Source: a virus
Taxonomy: Duplodnaviria; Caudoviricetes
Length of the DNA stretch: 39,781 nt
Reading direction: 5' to 3' (one strand)
IMG/VR virus record: IMGVR_UViG_3300048889_000027
Coordinates: 1-39,781 of that record
The position numbers and the translations under genes are program-made. The notes under the pieces are model-generated. The model was not told the DNA's origin. It saw only the letters and a list, made by a program, of their open reading frames with translations, and searched no databases. Of the stretch, positions 8,579-15,336 are shown in pieces (position 1 is the first letter of the stretch; every line of letters begins with the position of its first letter).

Positions 8579-8785
8579 TGTCTGGCCCTTTCGTCGCGAG
8601 TGCGGGAAAAGGGCTCCTCACCGGCTAGCGGTTCTTGGAGCCTCGATTGCCCGCTGCGACGAAAAGGGCAGACACAGCCGCAGACGGATCAGCACGGCAC
8701 AGCGTGTTTATGGCCTGACGCGACGGCCTATAGGCGTAGCTACAGCGCCATATACCGGGCGCGGCGGTCAGGCACGGCTAGGTCG
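8579..8785 (-). promoter_or_regulatory. Structured 5' leader of the coat gene
   Basis: 8579-8597 pairs with 8656-8674 around nested stems and covers the RBS; a second stem lies upstream. Confidence 0.55.
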
Positions 8786-9526
8786 TCACCGCCGCTGCTG
8801 CCGTTCCAAGGTCTGCTTCATGTAGAAGTCGGCCAACTGGTCAGGTGTTGCGGTATATTCGTTGAACACCGGTGAGGCGCGTCCCGTGACGGTGCGGACT
8901 GGAGCAGGTGCACGGGTGACGGCGACCGGCGCGGCGCGAGGGATGGCGGGCCGGTCCTCGATCGTTGCGGCAAACTTACCGAGCGCGATGGCGCGGCCCC
9001 GCTCGGACTGGATATTGGAGATGCGCTGCACCGCGGCGGGATCGTCGGCCAATGCGGCAACCACCTTCACCGCCTCGGGCATTTCCACGATCAGGCGGGA
9101 CAGCGGCGCATCGGCGCCCATCGATTTCACGTCCTCGCACAATTTCGCCCAATCGCCGTATTGCGAGGCGCCCTCGGCGTGGAACCGCTCGACCTGGAGG
9201 CGAAACCGCTCCTCGTCGCGTATCTGCTCGCGCACGCGATATTCGCGCTGCTCCGGCGTTTCGTCGGCGGGTGGCACCTGTGCGGCCTGGCGTCGCCAGT
9301 GTGCGAGTTCCTCCTCCCTGCGCGCGTTCTCGCGGGACAACGCATCGAGCTTGGCGGTGAGTTCGGCAAAGCGCCGGTCGGCGCGTGACGGTTTAGGCTC
9401 CGGTTGCTCGTCGCCCTCCGTGGTATCGCGGGCAGTATCGTCGGCCGGTGCTTCAGACGGCTGCGGCTGCGGCTCGGGCGCGGTTTCGCTGACGCCGGGT
9501 TGCGGCGTGTCGGTCGTTTCGGACAT
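8786..9526 (-). CDS. Scaffolding protein
   Basis: Between portal and coat genes; acidic Pro-rich N-terminus, coiled coil, APAPV C-terminal region. Confidence 0.75.
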   Translation of the reverse strand: MSETTDTPQPGVSETAPEPQPQPSEAPADDTARDTTEGDEQPEPKPSRADRRFAELTAKLDALSRENARREEELAHWRRQAAQVPPADETPEQREYRVREQIRDEERFRLQVERFHAEGASQYGDWAKLCEDVKSMGADAPLSRLIVEMPEAVKVVAALADDPAAVQRISNIQSERGRAIALGKFAATIEDRPAIPRAAPVAVTRAPAPVRTVTGRASPVFNEYTATPDQLADFYMKQTLERQQRR

Positions 9527-9532
9527 AGACGC

Positions 9533-9751
9533 TTACTCGTTGTGTGGGGGGGCGTTGGGCGGGACGTTGTGGACGATGTCCGGCTGGTCGTCGTCCGGCG
9601 TGGGCTTTGCCAGTGTGCCGCGCGTTACGGCGGCGGCGGCTTCCAACTCAGCGATGTGCTCGCGCAGCCGCTTGATCTCGGCCAGCGCCTCGACAAGACG
9701 GGTCGACGCGGCTTGCTCTGCCAGTGCGGCAGCGAGAGGGTCGTCGGTCAT
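9533..9751 (-). CDS. Hypothetical coiled-coil protein
   Basis: ATGA-coupled to the portal stop; heptad pattern. Confidence 0.6.
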   Translation of the reverse strand: MTDDPLAAALAEQAASTRLVEALAEIKRLREHIAELEAAAAVTRGTLAKPTPDDDQPDIVHNVPPNAPPHNE

Positions 9752-11952
9752 TGCACCATTGCCGGGGCTGGGGCAGTCGTAGGCGGCGTCGCGCTGCCAT
9801 CCCCGTTCGGTGGCACAGGAGGCGCCATCGTGGCCTGTAGCTCGCTCTGCTGGGCGGCGTGTTGCTGCAACACAGGATGCAACTCGGTCTGGAGCATGTC
9901 GGAAACCATCTGCCGCACGATGACCTGCAAGCTCAGCGGATCGATGCCGCCGACGGCCTTGAGCCGGTCGGTCTCGGCCTTGTAGTCGTCAATCGCAATC
10001 TCGGCACCCTTGTCCTTCAGCATCTCCTGCGCGTGGACGAGTTGAGCCTTCAGCCCAGCAATCTCCGCATCGGCCTTCTGGAGCAGGCCCTGCGCCTGCT
10101 GTTGCATCTGCTGGGCCTGCTGCGTGATCGCCATAACCTGCGGATCGGGTCCGGCTTTATACTGCGGCGGCAGGCCACGCTTCAGCCGATCGGCGAGTTC
10201 GTCCGCGCCGGGAAAGTCCGAGTTTGCGGCCCAAAAATCGCCGACTATTTGGAAGGCTGCGGGATTTTGGGCCATAATTTGAGAGAAGGCGTTTGCGGCT
10301 TCCTGTCTTTGTGTTCCATACGATGGACCCACGTCGCTTTCGCAATCGTAAGTTCCAATATTCGGATTAAAGATTATGCTTGGATCGGGTCGTTCCGGGT
10401 CTTCCTGCTGCCGCTGCGCCTGGCCTGGCGTTACCGGCGCGGGCATCCCATCCGGCCCCTGCGCCACCTGCTGGTGTGCCTCTGGCGCCTCGGGATCGAC
10501 CACCACTTTGCTCTCGTCGCCATCCTCGGCGAGGGTCATCACAACACGCCGCACATCGTAAACTTTAGGGATGAGATCGAGCAGGATGCGCCCAACCTGC
10601 CGGATGCCTTTGGCCTGGTTGTCGACGTAGTGATACGTGATCTGCTCGCTCTGCCGCTGCCGCTGCTGGATGGCGATACCGCTACGCTCATTGCTCGGCA
10701 TGCCCTGCTCGGCCTGATATTGGCCGGTGACCGCGCGCAGATCCTCACGCGCAATGGACATACCCTGGACGTAGGCCTGAGCCATCGCGGGCGGCTCGAC
10801 ACGGGCGGGGGGCGGGATCGGCTGATTAGCCTCGTCCAAGCCGTTGTAAACCAAGACGCTCCAGTTCTTGGTGTTCGCCGTCGCCCACTGCTCTTCACGG
10901 CCCGTGATCGCATCGACCCGCGCGACATACGGCGTTTTAGTCTGCAGCGCGACCTGCTCGACGGCAGCGCTAGCCCAGTAGTTGTAAATGCGTTGGGCGT
11001 CGATCTGTGACCGCGTGTGCCCTTTGCGATCCATCTCGCCCTCGATCACCGTCTCTTCGCCGATGAACGGCACGATCGGAATATATTTGCCGAGCCATTC
11101 CTCCCGATCGATGACCTTATCGCCGGCGAGTTTGAACCACTCGATCTCGGGTTCCGCGACCTCCCGCGACTTGACGATCATGGGCGTGACCTGATCGCGC
11201 AACTCGGCGGGAATGTCGCTGTCCCGCACCGTGGTGCCGTCGCTCAGAAGATGGATGGTCTCGTTGTTGAGGTTGCGGCGCCAATACTCGGCCACGCGAA
11301 CGTGGTCCTTGTCGTTCCAGCCGTCGCTATGATCCAGCGTCACCGGAGCGACGTTGTCCTCCTTGCCGAACTCCTCCTCGTAGCGGTCGCGCGGGATGTC
11401 CTCGAATACAAACGCGAAATTGGCGTCGCTCTTGTCATAAAGTTTAGCGTCCGGGTCCATGTAAACGCTGCGCGGGTCGGCGATGCGGCGGATGAACAGG
11501 TCGAGGTCGAACGATTGCCCATCCACGTAGTCGGTTTCGACGCGGACGTAGCCGATGCCGCTCTCGACCTGGTGGTAGGTGGCGGTGGAATACGCATCGA
11601 CCGCCTTCGACTGATACTCGATGCGACGGATGATGCCGCTGAACACCTGAGCCGCTTCGTAGCTCGCGCGGCCACCGGTCGGTGTTACCTTGATCTGCGC
11701 CTTATTTTGGCGCGCGTCGTTGACCACGAGCAGATTATGGACTCTGACCTGATTGTAAGTGAGGGTCGGCCGATTGCCACGCTCGTTCTTTACGTTGGTA
11801 TCCCATGCCCATCCGTTATGGGCATCAGCGTTGGCGAATTTAGTGTCGAACAACGCCCGGTCACGCCACGCACTCTCCCAGCCGACGCACCGCTCAAAGC
11901 GGGCCTTGGCCTCTTTGATGATCTCCGCATCACCAGCCTTTGCTCTGGGCAT
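9748..11952 (-). CDS. P22-like portal protein
   Basis: 734 aa; RPTLTYN, GIIRRIEYQS, GIGYVRV, YIPIVPFIGEE, DAQRIYNYWAS, SGIAIQQRQ, GPSYGTQRQE, Gln-rich barrel. Confidence 0.93.
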   Translation of the reverse strand: MPRAKAGDAEIIKEAKARFERCVGWESAWRDRALFDTKFANADAHNGWAWDTNVKNERGNRPTLTYNQVRVHNLLVVNDARQNKAQIKVTPTGGRASYEAAQVFSGIIRRIEYQSKAVDAYSTATYHQVESGIGYVRVETDYVDGQSFDLDLFIRRIADPRSVYMDPDAKLYDKSDANFAFVFEDIPRDRYEEEFGKEDNVAPVTLDHSDGWNDKDHVRVAEYWRRNLNNETIHLLSDGTTVRDSDIPAELRDQVTPMIVKSREVAEPEIEWFKLAGDKVIDREEWLGKYIPIVPFIGEETVIEGEMDRKGHTRSQIDAQRIYNYWASAAVEQVALQTKTPYVARVDAITGREEQWATANTKNWSVLVYNGLDEANQPIPPPARVEPPAMAQAYVQGMSIAREDLRAVTGQYQAEQGMPSNERSGIAIQQRQRQSEQITYHYVDNQAKGIRQVGRILLDLIPKVYDVRRVVMTLAEDGDESKVVVDPEAPEAHQQVAQGPDGMPAPVTPGQAQRQQEDPERPDPSIIFNPNIGTYDCESDVGPSYGTQRQEAANAFSQIMAQNPAAFQIVGDFWAANSDFPGADELADRLKRGLPPQYKAGPDPQVMAITQQAQQMQQQAQGLLQKADAEIAGLKAQLVHAQEMLKDKGAEIAIDDYKAETDRLKAVGGIDPLSLQVIVRQMVSDMLQTELHPVLQQHAAQQSELQATMAPPVPPNGDGSATPPTTAPAPAMVQ

Positions 11953-11955
11953 CGG

Positions 11956-12147
11956 CTATATCCTCCCCAGAACCAGCAACACGAGCAGCACAACGAGCAG
12001 CACGCCGACGACGCCGAGGCCGTATCCGCCGTAGCCGTATCCGCCGTAGCCGTAACCCTGTCCGAGATACCCGCTGCGGTAGCCGTAGCCGCCGCCGAGT
12101 AGCAGCAGGACAAGCAGCACGACGACGATGATCGAGACGGGGCTCAT
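11956..12147 (-). CDS. Small membrane protein with a Gly-Tyr repeat loop (DUF3309-like)
   Basis: MSPVSIIVVVLLVLLLLGGGYG...GYGYGGYGYGGYGLGVVGVLLVVLLVLLVLGRI; ATGA overlap at 12144-12147. Confidence 0.75.
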   Translation of the reverse strand: MSPVSIIVVVLLVLLLLGGGYGYRSGYLGQGYGYGGYGYGGYGLGVVGVLLVVLLVLLVLGRI

Positions 12148-12374
12148 CGCAGTCGCGCAGGGCCGATGCACGTCACAACGTCGTAGACCAGCCACACCAG
12201 CGCGACGAGCACGACCACCGCAACCACGATCTTGATGACCTGCATCACGACGCCGCCGGCCCAGCCGAGCCAGTTGAGCAGGATCGGCAGCAGGATCATG
12301 GCGATGGCAACCACGCCGGCGACGACGATCAGCCACACCAGCAGATTGACGAGCCATAACGTCGAGAAGCACAA
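12144..12374 (-). CDS. Two-TM membrane protein (possible holin)
   Basis: Two long hydrophobic segments; TTG start. Confidence 0.65.
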   Translation of the reverse strand: MCFSTLWLVNLLVWLIVVAGVVAIAMILLPILLNWLGWAGGVVMQVIKIVVAVVVLVALVWLVYDVVTCIGPARLR

Positions 12375-12375
12375 A

Positions 12376-12603
12376 TCAGCCCCCTTTGTTCAGACAGGCC
12401 GTCAGCAGTTGATTGAGCACCTCGGCGGTGTGTTTCGCGCGCGCATCGATGAACCAGAACAGGAAGCCGAGCACTGCGGCGTTGATGATGACCAGCAGCA
12501 GGAAGTGGGGCGGCAATGCCTTGATCAGTGTGTGGCTGACGGAGGCGATCGCCCCACCCTTCCCGTTGCTGTGCCGGCTCTCCGGTTCAGGCGAGCCGGA
12601 CAT
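12376..12603 (-). CDS. Single-TM membrane protein (possible lysis-module protein)
   Basis: FLLLVIINAAVLGFLFWFI; adjacent to other TM genes. Confidence 0.6.
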   Translation of the reverse strand: MSGSPEPESRHSNGKGGAIASVSHTLIKALPPHFLLLVIINAAVLGFLFWFIDARAKHTAEVLNQLLTACLNKGG

Positions 12604-12606
12604 GCG

Positions 12607-13056
12607 TCATTTCGGCTCGGGAGCCGGCGGCAGCGGCGTGCCGACAGTGAGGCTTGGATCCACCGCGATGTAGCGCCACCCGACGCCTGGGATGCCAGCC
12701 ACGACCCAGAATGTCTGGCTCGGCAGGCTATTGTCGACCTGTCCGCCACCGCCGCCTGGGAGGCTATGATCTGGGTGTGGCGGACGGCCTGGAGACGGCC
12801 ATATGGTGCCCGGTGGAACCGGCAAAGTATTATCGGGGCCGATCGGCACGATGGGGCGGGTGAACGACGGAGGCGGCCAAATTCCCGGTGGTGGTTCGGG
12901 CAGCGTCACGCCGATCGGTGGCACGCCTGGGGGCAGTGAGTTGTCTGGTCGGTTGGCGCCGATCCCTCCACCGTAGCCTGGATCGACCGGCCCACCGGGG
13001 CGGTTGCCGTAGCCGGGGTCGGCGCCTTCGATGAGCCATCCTGATACGTAAGGCAT
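12607..13056 (-). CDS. Pro/Gly-rich repetitive protein
   Basis: GGAG RBS, ATG 13056; DPGYG x2 and PDNSLP/PDNTLP/PDHSLP/VDNSLP repeats. Confidence 0.7.
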   Translation of the reverse strand: MPYVSGWLIEGADPGYGNRPGGPVDPGYGGGIGANRPDNSLPPGVPPIGVTLPEPPPGIWPPPSFTRPIVPIGPDNTLPVPPGTIWPSPGRPPHPDHSLPGGGGGQVDNSLPSQTFWVVAGIPGVGWRYIAVDPSLTVGTPLPPAPEPK

Positions 13057-13116
13057 ATGATAATCTCCAGTTATAGAGGGGTTTGTCGGCACGTTGGTGT
13101 GTGGTAATGGGCTACG

Positions 13117-13365
13117 GTGCCGAAGCGTACCGCGCCGCTCCTTGACGTATCGCCGATCGTTCGTGACGTGCCGGTGCCGGCGCCCAACGACTACCTGCGG
13201 CGCTATCCGTTCGAGCAGCTGCAGCCCGGGGACAGCTTCACGGTTCCGGTGGAGCGGGCGGCCTCGATGCGGGTGGCACAGCAGCGGTTCAGCCGGAGCC
13301 ACCCCAAGTGGCGGTTCACGACCCGCATCGAGGGCGAACGGTGCCGGCTCTGGCGGACGAAATAG
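13117..13365 (+). CDS. Small putative DNA-binding protein
   Basis: YPFEQLQPGDSFTVP...FTTRIEGERCRLWRTK pattern seen in small phage proteins; GC-ending codons. Confidence 0.7.
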   Translation: MPKRTAPLLDVSPIVRDVPVPAPNDYLRRYPFEQLQPGDSFTVPVERAASMRVAQQRFSRSHPKWRFTTRIEGERCRLWRTK

Positions 13366-13368
13366 GCA

Positions 13369-13604
13369 ATTAAGGCACTCGGTGATAAGGCGTGGTAAGC
13401 GGCTGCGTCACCGTAGATCGGCACCCCCTGGCCAACTGGATGCAGGAGGTCGTCGGGCTACGCGGATTTTCCCCGACCCATTCCCCAACTTCCCGCACAC
13501 TGCCGCTGTGACCGGCGGCACGGGCAAGATCAGGCGGTCGAACACAGCGGCCTGATCCCTGACGCAGCCTCGATTATGGCACTCGGTGCAAAGGCGTGGT
13601 AAGC
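13369..13604. repeat. Two 32-nt direct repeats (13369-13400 and 13573-13604), probably tandem minus-strand promoters
   Basis: 29/32 identical; the minus strand ends in TGC-CATAAT / TGC-CTTAAT (extended -10-like). Confidence 0.7.
13401..13569 (-). ncRNA. Candidate structured ncRNA (~170 nt)
   Basis: Ends pair perfectly (GGCTGCGTCA/TGACGCAGCC); three internal stems; no credible ORF; strand inferred from the promoter-like repeat. Confidence 0.45.
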
Positions 13605-13655
13605 AGGCCCAATCCTCAGAGGTAGCGGCACGAGCTAGCAGCGAATGACTGAGAT

Positions 13656-13672
13656 GCGGCCTTCGAGGCCGC
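13656..13672. terminator. GC-rich hairpin
   Basis: GCGGCC-TTCGA-GGCCGC; no clear U-tract. Confidence 0.35.
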
Positions 13673-13714
13673 CCGTTACGCTGTCGCGCGGCGTATTACC
13701 CAGAAATATACCCG

Positions 13715-13921
13715 CTATGGGTCTTCAGCTAGCCTTCCCGCACTTGCGGCACGGCCCGTTATTGTTGTCGCCGGCGTCGAGGGCGTCAGGATGGCAATCG
13801 CAGCCGCCTCTCCAAGCACAAGCGGATCGCCGCCGTCAGGGTAGCAGGGCATGGGGTTATCGAACGCCAGGAAGTGATCGCCATTCCGCCACAGCCAGAG
13901 CTTCATCGGCTTGTCGATCAC
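13715..13921 (-). CDS. Hypothetical protein
   Basis: GGGAGG RBS before GTG 13921; KLWLWRNGDHFLAFDNPMPCYPDGGDPLVLGE. Confidence 0.6.
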   Translation of the reverse strand: MIDKPMKLWLWRNGDHFLAFDNPMPCYPDGGDPLVLGEAAAIAILTPSTPATTITGRAASAGRLAEDP

Positions 13922-13973
13922 GTCGGCCACCTCCCGAAACGGTCGTTTGCACGCACGCGAAATTAGCCCATGA

Positions 13974-14156
13974 TTATGCAACGGTGCCGGCGGTTAAATC
14001 GGCCACGACAGCCTGCGCCGCAACCAGCGCCATGTTGTCAACGGCTGCTTCCGACAGGTCGTGGAAGTCGGTCGTAGAGCAGTCCACCAGCGCCTTGCGG
14101 ATAACCGTCCGCCAGTAGTCGATCTGATTAAGCTCTGACGTCTCGTTAGTGGCCAT
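13974..14156 (-). CDS. Hypothetical protein
   Basis: AGGAGAGTAGG upstream of ATG 14156. Confidence 0.5.
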   Translation of the reverse strand: MATNETSELNQIDYWRTVIRKALVDCSTTDFHDLSEAAVDNMALVAAQAVVADLTAGTVA

Positions 14157-14219
14157 TACAGAGCCTACTCTCCTGCATACCGTCGTTTGCACGCACCTTG
14201 TCGATCTGTAAGCGGGAGC

Positions 14220-14246
14220 GGCTAGCCCTCACGGGCTAGCCTTTCT
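14220..14246 (+). terminator. Intrinsic terminator-like hairpin (possibly bidirectional)
   Basis: GGCTAGCCC-TCAC-GGGCTAGCC-TTTCT. Confidence 0.55.
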
Positions 14247-14247
14247 C

Positions 14248-14334
14248 CTACTTCCGACGTATCACAGCCACCTTGATTTTGATCGAGATGGCTATCACTA
14301 TCCGAGGCAGGAGCAGGCGATGGGTGCACACCAT
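14248..14334 (-). CDS. 28-aa cationic/hydrophobic peptide MVCTHRLLLPRIVIAISIKIKVAVIRRK
   Basis: AAAGGAG 7 nt before the ATG; flanked by two strong hairpins; not in the ORF track. Confidence 0.55.
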   Translation of the reverse strand: MVCTHRLLLPRIVIAISIKIKVAVIRRK

Positions 14335-14403
14335 CGTTCAACTCCTTTCGACACGCCGGCAGGATCATCCCTGCCGGCGCTGTCATTCTAGCTCATACCC
14401 TCC

Positions 14404-14820
14404 TCACACATCAGCCACGACGACCGTGTTGGACATCGGCGCGGCGGTCGATCCCAGCGCGTTGGTCGCCGTCACGACGCACGCCAGGCCGTGGTCGACG
14501 TCGCCCGGCTGCACAGCGTAGGTCTCGCCGGTCGCGCCGTTCGCCACGCCGTCCGTATGCCAGGCGAACGTGTAGCCGGTCGGCTGCCCGTCCCAGTTGC
14601 CCAGCGTGCAGGAGAGCGTCGTGGCGTCGTCCTGCGAGGCGTAGGGCACGTCGATGTTGGTCGGAGGCCCTGACGCCGCAATGATAACCGCCAACAGCGC
14701 CATGATCTCGGCGGCGTGCGTGCGGTCGTTGTTGAGCCAGTCCGCGGTCAGCAGAAGCAGCATTTTCTGCGCGTTGTCCGCAACATCTCCCGCTGCCTGT
14801 TGAGCCGGCGTGAGCGCCAC
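14404..14820 (-). CDS. Ig-like domain protein
   Basis: TLSCTLGNWDGQPTGYTFAW...TYAVQPGDVDHGLACVVTATNALGS. Confidence 0.75.
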   Translation of the reverse strand: MALTPAQQAAGDVADNAQKMLLLLTADWLNNDRTHAAEIMALLAVIIAASGPPTNIDVPYASQDDATTLSCTLGNWDGQPTGYTFAWHTDGVANGATGETYAVQPGDVDHGLACVVTATNALGSTAAPMSNTVVVADV

Positions 14821-14821
14821 G

Positions 14822-15121
14822 TCAGGCGGCCGCTTTGACCGGCGCGGGCGTTACCGCCGGCATCGTCTCCAGCCGCGCCAGCGCCTCGGCGCCGTCCTCG
14901 CCGGCGTCCGTCAAGAGCTTGATCACCGCCTTGCGGATGACGGCGTAGTGGTGCTTATCGCCATGCAGCCAATCGGTCGCCAGCAGCAGCATTGCCATCT
15001 CGGCGCTGACCGGCTCGAGCGCCTTCTTGGCCCTCGCATCGGCCGCCTTGCGCTCAGCCTCGGCAGCATCGTGTGCGGCGTGTGCAGCCTGGGCCTCGTG
15101 GTTCTTGGTCGTGCCGCTCAT
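14822..15121 (-). CDS. Hypothetical protein
   Basis: GAGGAG RBS; shares an MLLL..DWL..D+.H motif with 14404..14820. Confidence 0.7.
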   Translation of the reverse strand: MSGTTKNHEAQAAHAAHDAAEAERKAADARAKKALEPVSAEMAMLLLATDWLHGDKHHYAVIRKAVIKLLTDAGEDGAEALARLETMPAVTPAPVKAAA

Positions 15122-15336
15122 GTCGTGTGCTCCTCGGTTATACGCTCATCCAGGTGCTATGCTCCCACCGGGTTGATTGGCGAAAGCTGCGCGAAAATGT
15201 GAAGCCGACTAGCCATCGGTAGTGAGGCAGGAAGCGCGAGCGCTGAAGGGCTAGTCCTGCTACGGGGAAGGCTATCTCCCCAGTATTTCCTTGACGTGTG
15301 GCTCACGCTGGGATGCCTGACGCTCAGTCAACCCAC

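Noticed and set aside
7943-12102. Long plus-strand ORFs (7943..8875, 8862..9782, 9859..11010, 11017..12102)
   Set aside because: Shadow ORFs opposite the coat, scaffold and portal genes in GC-rich DNA
13369-13604. CRISPR mini-array or tracrRNA-like sequence
   Set aside because: Only two repeats with a 172-nt gap, and no cas genes
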